Below are positions 25,061 to 39,136 of a stretch of 64,000 bases of DNA, piece after piece. Below the pieces are notes generated by a model, which did no database searches, was not told the DNA's origin, and saw only the letters and a list, made by a program, of their open reading frames with translations. The translations under genes and the position numbers were made by a program. The stretch is from Amoebidium appalachense (Eukaryota; Protista; Ichthyosporea). Location: contig CAVNZM010000011.1 in the NCBI GenBank assembly GCA_963693365.1, positions 7,025,921-7,089,920 on the forward strand. The letters run 5' to 3'. How positions within the stretch are numbered: the stretch's first letter is position 1; each line of letters opens with the position of its first letter.

Positions 25061-26727
25061 ACACATACACACACACTACCACCACCACCACCCACCCATC
25101 TCTCTGATGTTTGCTTGTGCCCCCACAGTCGCTGCTCGAACACGCCCAAAATGGCTGTCTGTCGGACCCCCCCGGCCTGCCCCTCTACTACGAGACCACT
25201 GCCGACGCAGATGGGCTCATGCGCTACCGCTGCATCCGGGGCACCAACGAGGTGGAGGGGGCAGTGCACAACCCCCTGGCCACCCACTTTGGGGCCACAC
25301 GCATGTCGCTGCGCCTGCTGGACGCCACCATGTCCAATAGGCGCCACCGCCACAACCTGCGTGCACACTACCGCAACCGCCTGGGCCAGGCATCGGGGCC
25401 CCCCCACTACAGCCCCTGGATTGTTGACGACATGGAGGCACTGGCGCTGATGCTGTACGGCCATCACCTCGACCCCCAGTGGGTACCCGTAGGCTGCTAC
25501 AAGCTACCGGAGGAGTACTTCAACTTTGCCCCGCTCTCCTGTGTGGCCAATGCCCCGGCGCAGGAGCCAGTTGCGGTGCCCGCACCCCCACCTCCGTCTG
25601 ATAACATCGAGCCTGCAGCCAATGGCGTGATGGGCGGGCCAGAGGACTGTGAGGTCGAGGAGGGTGACGGTGCTGCCATGGGGGGGGGCAACCAGGTGGC
25701 GCGTGGTGCACCACAGCCGGACCCTGCACTGAGGGGCGACTACAAGTTCCTGGCGCAGAAGCAACATGTGGCCATCCCCTTCCTTCCGGTGCTTACCCCT
25801 CAGGAGCGCAAGCTATTCAGCACGCTGCTCCTGGGCACCTACAAGGCACATGCAAAGCCCAACGGCCAGCTGTTCGAGGCTTTGGCCCAAGACTTCAACA
25901 AGGCTGCCTCTGTGGCTGGGGGAATCTACATGAAGGATGCGGCCTACATCAAGAAGCATTTCGACAAGTGGAAGACCTGGCAGACGGCACATGCACAGCG
26001 CTCCACACACGAGGGCCTGGCAGATCACCGCAAGCGTATGCGCGAGGAGAGGGCAGACGCTGTGCCAGCAACCATACGGCCTGCCCCCTTGCCACCCCTC
26101 CCTGTTCCAGACGGTGTCGATGCAGGGGCGCAGCGTGAGCGGCCCTTGCCCATGCTAGTGGGCAAAAAGCATCGCAACATTGGCCCTGAGGGGCCCCTGC
26201 AGATGGATTTGCCGGTGCCCCCTCCTATGCAGCCACCCCAGAGAGCCCCCAAGACCTGCAAGACGTGTGGCCGCCAGGGCAAGGGCTGCCCCGGCTCCAA
26301 TCGGGCCAAGAGCTGCCCACGTTGGGTTGCAGCCAATCAGGATGCCATGCCACCAGCACCCGCGCTTGACATGCAGCAGGGCCATGTGCCGCACATGCCC
26401 CCTGCACCCCATCCAGGCCCGCACCACCCACATGGCTGGCCCCCACCGTGGGGCATCATGCCGCCTCAGCCCGGCCCTGCCTTCCCCATGCCTGGGCTAC
26501 TGCCGCAGCACGGTCCCCATCCTTACTTGGGCCATGTGGGCCAGCCCTCGGCTGGTGGGCAGTTCCCACCCCCTTCTCGTGCATCTGCTGTGCTGGGCCT
26601 GGCGTTGCCACCTGCTGGAGAGACGCAGCTGCAATGGCACGATCGAAAGCAAAGTAATCGTGGCCGCAAGTCTGCAGGCAGCCAATCAGGATCTCAGAGT
26701 AGTCAGAGTAGCCAAACTAGTGTCTAA
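18818..26727 (+). CDS. Putative DDE transposase (DUF6729-like) with an inserted WRN-like DEDDy 3'-5' exonuclease and a C-terminal Cys4 knuckle, about 1519 aa, 7 exons
   Basis: Exons 18818-19052, 19111-19968, 20937-21125, 22122-22952, 23406-24046, 24508-24714, 25129-26727 total 4560 nt, phase-compatible with no internal stop. Motifs in order: GGAREGAGRKKK; Cys-rich region (…RRVIDFDSCYYIITARYFCDTC…FPAYLSHRSGLD); LKADHTF; NELGEIR; FYTDRCC; exonuclease VVGLDCEW / GTD / YAALDAY; LNDAFH; GCLSDPPG.PLY; YRCIRGTNEVEG; TCKTC…C…C. The 58-nt first intron is inferred; the alternative is a frameshift. Confidence 0.78.
21700..22035. repeat. Degenerate G-rich tandem repeat in a transposase intron (TGTGGGCACATGGGTTTGGGGGGAAGG…)
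   Basis: About 6-7 degenerate copies visible. Confidence 0.7.
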
Positions 26728-26812
26728 TATTGGAATGTACACCAATGTAACGGATCTCATATGTGTTGTAGTGCTTCAAGTTATACCTGTTCTTCGTACA
26801 GTCATGTTAGGG

Positions 26813-26849
<37 letters not shown>

Positions 26850-27175
26850 CTAGCTTTCATTCCGAAGTTTACTGTAAAGAATTAAAATTTAGAATCTGAG
26901 TAATAGTACAGAGCCTTTGCACTTTTCTCTGTTTGTTAGGAATTCTTTGTGATCGAGAGTATGGTGTGTTAGACTATTGGTGTTAATGTGTCCTGGAAGG
27001 TGTATAATGTCTGCTGGCCGTAGTCAGTATCTATTTTTAGGTATATAGTATATTTTTAAATGTTGGCCGCTGGCCAATAAATAGCAAATAATAAACACAC
27101 GATAAAGTCAACAGCGTGCCAAAAAACTAATCCCCAGCGAGCGCACCCAGTGATGTGTGTGTGTGTGTGTGTGTC

Positions 27176-27243
<68 letters not shown>

Positions 27244-28572
27244 CGCGCGCGCGTGCGTGCGTGTGTGTGTGTGTGTGTGTGCGTGCGTGCGTGCGTGTGT
27301 GCGTGTGTGCGTGTGTGCGTGTGTGCGTGTGTGTGTGTGAGTGTGTGTGTGTGTGTGTGTATGTGTGGTGTGGTGTGTGCGCGGCTTGTACATATGTACG
27401 TGTTCATGTGCACCTGTGTCGGACCTACGAAGTACATGAAAGTAAATTTTGACAGCATCGATCTGCCGGTGTGTATGTGTATGTGTGCCAGTGCAGCAGG
27501 TGTGCCTTGTAACTGATAGCTTCGCATTTTACGTGTGTGTATATATAGTAGTACGCATAGACACTTGCTGATCATTCGGATCGACATTAATATTTAATCT
27601 GTCGGTCCTCGGTTTTTTGAGTGAATGATGATCAAGTGTAAGAGCATTCACTTGGCAAGTATTAATGTTGCAGAGGCTAGCTGCAGCTGCAAGCGTCGGA
27701 TGCACACTGACAATTGTCTTTTCAGCGAGTCTAACCTGCAGGCAGCAGCTGCACACATATAGGGTTGTTATCTTGCGGCACATGCACGGTGATCATTTCA
27801 GAGTAATAGAGTTCAGAGCAATGAAAATAATGAAAATAACTAAACTTTGTGACTACTTTAAAGTTGCTGAGATCATACGTGGTGCAAGCTGCACTATGAA
27901 CACATGTATAGTGCTAGTAATTAATACATTTTTGTTGCCTTCTGCAGGGTTATCGTAGCTACGTCACGGCCTGCACTCAGGGGGGGGAGGGGGGGGGGGG
28001 AGAGGGGGGATGATTCGAAGGGGGTATAAATAAGAACATGCACCTAAAGGTCTTTCCCGTGGATCCTCCCCCCTCCCCCCCCCCACCTCTCCCTCCCCCG
28101 GGGCCCCATACTATGATATCTAGGCCCAATATTATATGCCCCTTCCCCCCCCCCCCCCCCCTCCCTCCTCCGGATCCCCGGACCCCACTTCCCTACCCGG
28201 AGGCTCAAGAGCTCCCCCCTTCCCCTTCCCCCCCTCCCCCCCCCCCCCAAGGCTTACGGGGGCCCTTCTTCATCGAGGGGGAGGGGGTGGGGGTGGGGGG
28301 GTGGGGGGAGGGGGTGGGGGGGAGGGGAAGGTGGAAGGCGGGGGTGGATGCATGTCAGCCTAGGTGAATTCAATTGTTTAACTCCAGTGTGCAGGACTGG
28401 TCTGAAGGCTTAAGAAAACAACGAGGAAATGGGGTCCAGTGGAGGTGGTGGTGGTGTTCTGTGTGTGTGTGTACACGTGCACGTATGTGTGTGGTTTTTT
28501 TAAGGGGTGAGTGGTGGTGGTGGTGGTGGTGGTGGTCACCGTGGTGGTGGTGTGTGTGTCTGGTGTGTGTGT

Positions 28573-28620
<48 letters not shown>

Positions 28621-29559
28621 TAGAAAGAAAAACTGCTCGTGGGTCACTGTTTTTCGTCACTGTATTTGTAACGGGCCGCTCATATTTATATAACTACTTT
28701 AATTTAAGTACACGTGTTCATTATCATATACGATGGCCAAATATAGAAATTTTGGCGTCGAAGTTCTTGGAGCTAAAAAAACGTTTAAAAGGGGGAAATA
28801 ATAGCTTGGCCCCAAATTTACCTTGCCGTTTTTAGCGAATGTATTTTTTATTCATGAGTTCTAGTGATTCAGTGAGTGCACGTGCCTGCCTCAGGCTGAT
28901 CATGACAACTGCAACACACCATTCCTACATGGATATCAACCAAAAGAAAATAGTATATACTGTGGTGGTCTCCTAAACCTTGTGCGGCATGCGCATACAT
29001 GATATTACAGTGACGCATGTGCATATTATTGTTCTGTACACCGGAGTGTGCCGGTGCACGTGGCTGTTTTGTGCACATGTTACAATAGCAGCACGATCTC
29101 CCTAAACTCCATGTTTACACATCCCTCACCCTGGCTCTGCCTTGTCGGTGCTCCAAAACACACATACAAATCCCCCTAGACTCAGTGCCTGCACATGGTC
29201 GCATTCACGTGCAGGTCACGTGACACATGCGATGCCATACTGCCGTCTACAGCAACAACCACGGCAGCATGTATACCGGCCCAGCACGAAATATACTTAT
29301 CGGCAGCCCACTGAACTCGCCCATTTTCTCTTTTTCATGTATGTCCCTCCTTTTTTGTAAAATCACCCTTTTTGGCCTCCCGGTAGTGGATTTTGCAGGA
29401 TTTGACTTCTTTGAGGTCCAAAAACCTCAAATTTTCCCCGGCGGGGCCGGGGAGGGAGAATTCAAAAATTGCCCGCTCCTGATATGGTACCCGGGCCCGG
29501 GCCAGTCAATGCAAGTCAGCAAATAATAAAGTCTAACAGAGAAACCTCTAAGTTACAAG

Positions 29560-29597
<38 letters not shown>

Positions 29598-29826
29598 ACG
29601 GTGGTGGTTACATTTCGTAATATACATATTATTTGGCTATGCATAGGATATCTTATGGATGGGCAAAGAGCTGTCGTAATGATGTATACACGACATGCTA
29701 TGTACATACGTGTGGTGTACGGGCTCTTATGGAAATGTCTACGACGGTATTATGGGGGTCGTAATGTACCCCAAGACCAGCAATGTGTATATCATATGTA
29801 TATGGTTGGTAATTCGTAAAATACTT

Positions 29827-30204
29827 CGATGTATGTCCGCACCAATAGGACTCACTCCGACCTAAGAATTGAACCATATATGATTCTATTGCATAAATAG
29901 GACGAAGGTCTGACTGGCTCGGACCGCACCAGAATCACGAATGGCATGTTGCCACCCGCGCTGGCCGCCGATGAACCAATCCTGGGCCTTGATCCGAAAC
30001 CTGGGGGCTATATAAGAAAGCCGTCCCAGGACGGGGATCACTTCACATCAGTGAAGTCTGAGACAGACTGAGTTGGCCCATAGTGAAAGCAACCTGGCCG
30101 CGTGTGCCTTTCTACCCGTTCTCTGTCTTTATTTTGATTCAGTTGTACTCTGCCTTATCCTAACTAGTCCAACTGTTTACAGGTATTAAGCCGCTCCTAA
30201 ACAT
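29827..30204 (+). mobile_element. Solo-LTR-like or promoter-bearing insertion (~380 bp)
   Basis: CCAAT boxes (~29842, ~29976), CTATATAAG (~30008), near-terminal TGTATG…TTTACA/AAACA, and a flanking ATACTT direct repeat (29821-29826 and 30205-30210). It interrupts an AT-rich TATACAT-type repeat. Boundaries are uncertain. Confidence 0.35.
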
Positions 30205-30718
30205 ATACTTAAGATATCCAACGGGATGGGTTTGGATACTCGGGTGGTGAAGGTTACGATGGGTTTCCGCTGCGCGTAATGGCATACTTAGTATATCCAT
30301 TGGGTAGGTTTCTGACTTTAAAATGGGGGTTTGTGTCCGTATTATTGCGGTATTAAGACCGCTCGTAACGCTCTCGTATGTATGTTCTATGTATATTCAT
30401 ATGTATATACATAGGTTATACATTGTATATCCATAGAATATCCTATGTATAGTTCAATGTATACACATCGGATATACATATGACATACAATTTACGATAT
30501 CCATAAACCCTATGGATGTCGTAAAGCGTATATCCAATGTATATACATAAGACGCTCCGTTTACCCATGGAACTCTTTACACTATCGTAAAGACTTCGTG
30601 CACCCACTCCATATGAACTCGCGCTCCGATGGCGTTACGAGGGGTATACGATCCCCGGTGGAGATTGCTGATGTTGCGGCCACCGGCCCTCCCCCCCTCC
30701 CCCCACAACCACACGCGT

Positions 30719-30762
<44 letters not shown>

Positions 30763-30810
30763 CTCGTCACACACACACACACACACACATACAAACACAC
30801 ACACACACAC

Positions 30811-31038
<228 letters not shown>

Positions 31039-31971
31039 AAGTGATTTTACCGAAAAATTTGAGGTAAAGTTTTTTGGAGGGGTTTTGACACGTGATACCA
31101 GAAACGCCACTTTGAGCGTGGGGGATGTTCCCGACGACGACGAGCGAGGCCGACGAGACCAAATTTCCCACAAAACGAGATTTTTGCGGCGGGGCCGACT
31201 CACAATGCACTGTGACGCGTCCGACCGGCCAAAATGCAGCAGAGCAGCGGCATTCAAGCAGCTTCGAGACGAGGGGATCAAAAACTTCAACTCTTGGGCC
31301 AAAAAGGGTACATTCGTGCTTTATTTTTTAGAGACAATAAAAAACCATGACTTTAGCTGCACTTTGTCGCTCAGAAGCATTTTGCACTAGCAGCAAGTGA
31401 AAACCAGTGTCTTATGCACACATGGGACTCTCCGTTCAAAGAACTTAGGACTTCAGCACACAATCCAACCGTTACGGCCAAACAATTGACAAACACGCTT
31501 AAATAGGCTTCTTGCATGACGTTATGCACGTAAAGTCTAGCCTTGGTAGATTATACCACTTTATACCACTAAAATTAGAATAGTTCTGTATAAAGTTATG
31601 CACACCGAAGTGAATAGTTCTGTATGACGTTATGCACACCGAAGTGGAACTATAAATAGAAGACTTAAAAGCAACTGTAATGTTACACGTTCTCACAAGA
31701 GTCTGTACAGAAACTGAGAAGCCTGACCCCACAGAAAAACGTACAGCAATCAGTATCATAATAAACATATCCACCGTAGCAAGGTTGATCTTGTGCCCAA
31801 TTGTAACACAATGTACTCTAATAGACTATACATCAGTATCGTTAAGTTAGCCTCTACAGACGTCTTTATCGAGCAAGTCAAAGAAGCCAAAAGTATAGGC
31901 AAACATGGAGTTAGATGAGAGCCCAAGACACCCCAGTACCACACAACCCTCAGCCACCGTCTTATCATTTT

Positions 31972-32778
31972 CTATACTAGTGGTTCGTCATCACTATCAG
32001 GCTCGTTTTGCTCCCCTGACACTATCATGTCCACAATGTCCCCATCACCTTCAGCTGACACTTCTATATCCATAGCTCCCTCTCCATCGGAAACCTCCCC
32101 CTCTGACATTTCCATTTCTACCCCACTATTCATATCTAAGCCATTTTTAGCACACCAGGCTTCAACCGAGGCCCTTACTTTCTTCCGCAACCTGAACTGT
32201 CAGGCTCTTGCTGCCCCCCTGTTCATTTCGTATCCGAAGTAAATCACTGTCTTTGTTTCAATAATCCCGTACCACGGCAGTTCCACCTTCTTCTTACCCT
32301 TGCCGGCGCTTTTGGCCATGGGAAAGAAGGAGCCACCCAGTTTGTAGTCGTAGCCTTGGCACCAATACCAATGTACCTGTAGAGAGTGGCGGTGTCACAA
32401 GCAGTTAGAAACGTGGCTTGTAGTTGGAACCCGGGGGGGTAGGGGGTGCGGGGAGGGTGGGGGGGCAAGCCGGAGGGGAAAGAGGTAATGGCATTCGTGT
32501 GCGCAGGAAAGCATACATACAGACAAATCCACCGGGGAAACAGAAAAGCCATGTTGGTATGAGTGTGGGGCATGAGGGGAGACAGGCACGAGGGGAGGCA
32601 TGAAGAGGGATGGAAGGTGTGACTGTTTGCTCCAGTAGTGTGTACGTGCTGTTGAGGAGGGCAGGCTTATCCTATTGTAGACTGAGAAGGTATCATAGTC
32701 TTTAAACAAGAGAACGCCTCTGAGAAGCCTTAGGGCAGCAACACGGTTGGGGGTTGGGCTTTTTTCGTTCCACTTGGT

Positions 32779-32838
<60 letters not shown>

Positions 32839-33189
32839 GCCGTGGGAAAGGTAGAATACAAGCACGAGGCCAACTCAATAAGAAAAATGTATAAATAAAA
32901 AGGAGAGCATAACCTACCTTAATATGACCATCATCTAGCACTTCGACAACTTTGGCTGGCTCTGGAATACCCTTGGGATTGTATTCCTTATGGGCATCGG
33001 GGTCTACCCAGACCATCACTTGGTCACCCACTTTGGGCTCATAGGTGCGTAGCTCCCGGCTTTCTCTTGCCTGTATGTGTTTCATGGTTGCAAAAGAGAG
33101 AGGGGGGACGGGGGGATGGGCATGGAGGGGGAAACGGAAAGGAAAATAGGGGGATAGGAGCCGAGGGGATTGGGGTGGGTGGGGGGGGG

Positions 33190-33242
<53 letters not shown>

Positions 33243-33348
33243 CTGAGATTTCAAGCAGTTAGCAACGACAAAAGTTCAGTGGTTGGAGGAGGCATGTGAA
33301 ACGAGCACCACCTGGCTAAAAGAAAGAGAGAAGAGAGAAGAGAAAAAG

Positions 33349-33384
<36 letters not shown>

Positions 33385-34149
33385 AATAGTGTGCCAGAGA
33401 GAAAGAGAGAGACAGGGGGGAGGGGGAGGGGGAGGATGGAGAGAACATTTGGTAACCCCCCCCCCCCCCCCCCCCCCCGCCCCCGAGCCCCCGAGGGGGA
33501 AACAATTATTTACAAACCCCCCCCCACCCAAAAAATAAAAAAATAAAATAAAAAATAAAAGATTCAGAACACCCGATTAATGTAACAACACAAACACACA
33601 TGGAAGAACACAAAGAAACATAAAACTTTAGAAATTTCAAGCATTGGCATGAACCCACCTTTGGGGGACGGTAGCTGCCTGAATAGGGTGCTCTGTAGTT
33701 TTCCACATCTCTTGTGCCGATGTTCTCCGGCAGCTCGTCAAAGGCAGGCACAGCCTCGTGAGCAGCAGGGGCAGTGGGCTTGAGAAACTCGATAAGTTTC
33801 TCAAGCTGCGACGGGCCATCTGGATCGACTGGCGCAAGGATGGGTGGAATTTTCTGCTCTTGTATACATGCCCCAAACTCGAGCCAGAACTCCTTTGCAC
33901 TTGAGTTGTGCAAAAACCCACCAATGCCGCCGTCGCTCAGCACACCCGGCCAATCGGAAGGGGGGATTGGTTGGCTGGCAGCAAACAACTGCCCAGCATT
34001 CTTCGAGCCCACCGGCTGGACCCAACGTGGTTGCAGGCGCTGCGGCCAATGCCCTTCCGGCATATGACGCTCAACCAACAGCAGTGGTTCGGGGTCCCAG
34101 TCACTATCTGCCCACCGCTTGGTTTTCATCCAGACTTTGCCGTCTTCAT

Positions 34150-34150
<1 letters not shown>
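31972..34150 (-). pseudogene. 3' part of a spliced, TE-like gene with a premature TGA; Tudor/SH3-like module and acidic tail
   Basis: Phase-0 exons 34150-33659 (DEDGKVWMKTKRWADSDWDPEP…), 33070-32918 (…PKVGDQVMVWVD…PEPAKVVEVLDDGHIK) and 32376-31972 (VHWYWCQG…AARA*QFRLRKKV…SDDEPLV*), with in-frame TGA at 32200-32202. Further exon-like blocks near 35944-36194, 36730-36833 and 38190-38280 may belong to it. Confidence 0.55.
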
Positions 34151-34223
<73 letters not shown>

Positions 34224-34320
34224 GTGTGTGTGCATGTGGGATCGCCTAGTGTACCTGCACCTGACAAAATCTGACACGTGTGCACACCCTGAAAGAGAGC
34301 GCAGGGAGGGACCCGGGCGT

Positions 34321-34353
<33 letters not shown>

Positions 34354-34656
34354 ACACGTGTGTGTGTGTTTTGTGAATATGTGGTGGTGGTGTCCTGTGT
34401 TTGTATGTGTGTGTGTGTTAGGCGTGTATGTGTTGTGTTTGAGGGGGAGGGGAGGGGGGAGGGGGGGGGGAGGGGAGGAGGGGGGGGGGGGAGAGGGAAA
34501 GGAAGGGGGGGGGGGGGGGGTCACGGTCAGTTGCATACAACAAAGGCTCGAAGCTTGTACAGGGGGGGGGGGGGGGGGGGGGGGTAAGAGAGAGAGACGG
34601 GGAGAGAGACAGAGAGAGAGAAAGAGAGACAGAGAGAGAGAGGGGGGGGGGGGGGG

Positions 34657-34699
<43 letters not shown>

Positions 34700-34739
34700 G
34701 GGAGGGGGGAGGGGGGAGGGGGGAGGAATGAAGAACCCA

Positions 34740-34921
34740 AGGGAGGTGGGAGGAACGAAAAAAGCTGGGGGAGGAGGTGAATGGTGGAAGGGGTGGAAAG
34801 GGGTGAAAAGGGGGGGGGGGGGGGGGGGGGGGGGGGGAAGGGGATGTGTACATGTGTGCCGTGAGTGCCACTGGGTGATCTGGACTGTGTTAGAGGGAGG
34901 GGAGGAAATTGTTGGAAAGGA

Positions 34922-34979
<58 letters not shown>

Positions 34980-35196
34980 TATGTGTGTGTGCAAAGAAAG
35001 CTGGGGGAGGAGGGGAACGGTGGGAAGGGGGGGAGAAGGGAGGGGGGATCGCCAAGGGAAGGAGGAAGGAAGAAAGCTGGGGGAGGAGCAGAACGGTGGA
35101 AGGAGAGAAAAAGGGGGGGGGGGGGGGGATGTGTACATGTGTGCCTTGAGTGGGTGATCGGCACTGTGTTGGAGGAAGGGAGGGGAAAGGTGTGTG

Positions 35197-35266
<70 letters not shown>

Positions 35267-35560
35267 TGTGAAGAAAGCTGGGGGGAAAGGGGAACGGTGG
35301 AAAGGGTGGAAAGGGGGAGGGAGGGGGGGGGGGGGGGGGGGGACGGCCGAGAGAGGGGAAGGGGGGGGGGGGGGAGGTAGAAAGCTGGGGGAAGAGGAGA
35401 ACGGTGGAAGGGATGAAAAGGGGGGGGGGGGGGGGGGGGGGGGGGGGCGCAGGGGATGTGTGCATGTGTACCGTGAGTGGGCAATCTGCATTGTGTTAGA
35501 GGGGGGAGGGAAATTCTTGGAGAGGGATCTGTGTGTGTGTGTGTGTGTGTGGTGTGTGTG
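34740..35560. repeat. Degenerate ~300 bp tandem repeat (about 3 copies) interleaved with microsatellites
   Basis: Recurrent GGATGTGTACATGTGTGCC.TGAGTG…CTGTGTT.GAGG and AAAGCTGGGGGAGG motifs. Confidence 0.7.
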
Positions 35561-35586
35561 TGTGGGGGGGGGGGTGATGAGTGTGT

Positions 35587-35724
<138 letters not shown>

Positions 35725-36300
35725 ACGTCTGTGCATGTGAGTGTGTGTGTACGCGTGTGGTTGGTGCGCGTGGGCGTGTGTGTTTGTGTGTGTGGGCGTT
35801 TGCGTGTGGGAAAGGTGATTTTTTTTTTGTTTTGACCTGTTTGTGATAAACCCTCACGTTGTGACCTTGCCGATGTGCACGAGCCCAAACAATGATGAGC
35901 AGACCCACAAACGCATGCAGCTGGTTGACTTTGTAATGTTACCTGCATTATGCCAATCGGTGTGAGCACTGGCTTTTTGTGCAGATTTCATGGTTTTATT
36001 GTAGCGAGACACATTCTCAGGCTGAGCACCCACAGAAAACATGGCCAGGGTCGTCAGCTGGCTGGCCAAGTTGATTATGATCCTTCGATGATCAGGCATA
36101 GGCAAATGCAGTAGTAGTCGACCGGTGATGGTGGCATGTTTTAGCACTCATCATCCTGGGCAGTATATTTTTCCTCTTTATTGGTTCTTAAATTCTGTGT
36201 GTGTCTGTGTCTGTATGCGGGCGTATGCATGCATATAGTGAGCGCGCGTCCGTCAGTGTGTGGGGGTGGGGAGGGGGGTTGGGGAGGAGGAGAATGATCT

Positions 36301-36342
<42 letters not shown>

Positions 36343-36451
36343 GGGGGGAGGGGGAAGGGGGTCCCGAAGGCGGCGGAGGCGACGGCGGGGGGGGGGGGGG
36401 GGGGGGGAGGGGGGGGAGGGGGTTCCCGAAGGCGGCGGTCGCGGCGGCGGC

Positions 36452-36488
<37 letters not shown>

Positions 36489-37323
36489 AGCCGGGTTCAA
36501 ACAATGGCCATGTGCCCTGATTTGCTACGTAAACGAAAATAACAGGAAGGAATAGAGGCGGGATGTACAATTACGTTTGTACATCATATTACTGATAGAT
36601 TTAGGCAGACAGACATGCCTTGTGTGGACATAATAACAGTACGGATTTTGACCCCCCTAAAACAAGATAGTAAAACACGGGCAAACATAATACACATGAC
36701 TCCGGCACAGCCATCATGGGTGGATATGGTACTTATAGACACCATCCACCTTTACCAGCACGGTAGATTGAGGGTGTTTAACATCAGCAAAACGATAATC
36801 ATTTGACTCTTGCCACTGAAACTTTCGAAAACGCTGTTAGCCAAGCAAACAACGTGTGTGCGTGTGTGCATGTCACGGTGCGTGTATGCGTGTGTGCGTG
36901 TCTGTGTGTGTGCGTGTGTGCGTGTGTGCATGCATGCGTGTGTGCGTATGTGCGTGTGTGCGTGTGTACGTGTGTGTGTAACAAAAATGTAGACACACAC
37001 AGTTTGGCCATGCTCCTATAGCCCCAACTTGGCACATGTACATGACACATATAGACTACCCATATTGCCCTACGGCATTTGAAGGCAATAGTAAATGAAG
37101 GTGAAAAACAACATACGAAAAAAGGAAACAGAAAAACAGACCCTGGGCCCGGGAGACACCGCACTGACAAAGAGGGATGGGACAGGGATGGTGAATCTAA
37201 GGTTTAGCCATTCTGTTCCCTTTTTTTTTTTTTTTTTTTTTTGGGGGGGGGGGGGGGGGGGTAGGGGAGGGGGGGGGGGGGGGGGGGTTAACACCGAGAG
37301 GAGTTGATTAAGAGAGAACAACT

Positions 37324-37431
<108 letters not shown>

Positions 37432-37714
37432 GGGAGGGAGGGAGGGAGGGAGAGGGAGAGAGGGAGAGGGAGAGGGAGAGGGAGAGGGAGAGAGAGAGGG
37501 AGACAGAGAGAGAGAAGAGAGAGAAAAAGAAAAAGAAAGAGAGAGAGAGAGAGGGAGGGAGGGAGGGAGGGAGGGAGGGAGAGAGAGGGAGAGAGAGAGG
37601 GGAGAGAGAGAGAGGGAGAGAGAGAGGGAGAGAGAGAGAGAGGGTGGGTGGGAGGGAGGGGCTGAGGGTGGGTGGGAGGGTGGGAGGGAGGGAGGGAGAG
37701 GGGGGAGAGAGCTT

Positions 37715-37748
<34 letters not shown>

Positions 37749-37767
37749 TAGAGAGAGAACTTGAGAG

Positions 37768-37825
<58 letters not shown>

Positions 37826-37905
37826 GAGTTCGAAAGGAGTAGTAAGCAGAGAGAGAAGGGAGCAAGCGAGGGAGCAGGACACGGGGAAAGATCTTGGGGG
37901 AAGAA

Positions 37906-37936
<31 letters not shown>

Positions 37937-38066
37937 TGGAGAGATACACGGGGTGGTGGACGTTGTGGTGGTGTTGGTGGGTGGGTGGGTGGGTGGGTGG
38001 GTTGGGCCGTTGTATATACATGTGTGTGTGTGTGTGGATGTGTGCACATGTGCATGTACATGTGTG

Positions 38067-38139
<73 letters not shown>

Positions 38140-38412
38140 CTGTCTGTGTGTGTGTTTGGGTTAGGGGGGGAAGGGGGGAGGGGGGATGCCTAAAAGCCAC
38201 ATCATCATACTCGACTGCATTTTCTGCAATTATTTTGATGTTTGCAACCCGCATGGCCATGGATATGTGACATTGAACATCTGTCCTATGGTACCGAAAC
38301 ACATAATTGATAAATGCGAAAAAGAGAAACAGCTGGGGTCTTCTACTACTGCCAATACTACTCCAGTATTCGGTATTTTGTATGTGCGTGTGTGTTGTGT
38401 GTGTGTGTGTGT

Positions 38413-38458
<46 letters not shown>

Positions 38459-38601
38459 TGATGGATGGGGATCCGGAGGGCAGCATGCCTTTGCATCGTT
38501 TTCGGTATATACCGACGTACAGGTTGATATATGTAAGGTCCGCGTGCGAGCATAATAGTATGAAAATGTATATGTATATATGTATATATATACATATATA
38601 T

Positions 38602-38665
<64 letters not shown>

Positions 38666-39068
38666 AGGTAAGCATGTGCACGTATATTCGAGTTTGTGAA
38701 ATTGTGATCATCATCCAGAAATGATGATCATAAGCCACGTGCATGTGCGTGGCATCATCACTGACATGTCGTACGCTGCGGCATTCCGCGAGCCTGCCCG
38801 CAGTGCCCGGGCCCGGCTCCGGAAATTAGTCACGTTGTAGACTCGTCACAACACATTAATAGAAGATACTGGCAGGCGAATGTGGGGCTCCCGTCTGCTA
38901 GATGGGGCCGGTGGCTCATGCCCCTCGCGCAGGTACAATCCAAAACTGTTATGAGAAAACGAATGTTGAAGAGTGTGTGTGTTTGTGATCCACGTCATGT
39001 GTGTGTGCATGTGCTCATGTGTGTACACGTGTGTGCGTGTGTGTGTTCCTATGTGTATCACAGTGTGC

Positions 39069-39136
<68 letters not shown>

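Noticed and set aside
17900-29510. Terminal inverted repeats and TSD for the transposase element
   Set aside because: No convincing inverted match was found by eye. CCGGGCCCGG at ~29491 and ~38807 is a short self-palindrome with no extended homology.
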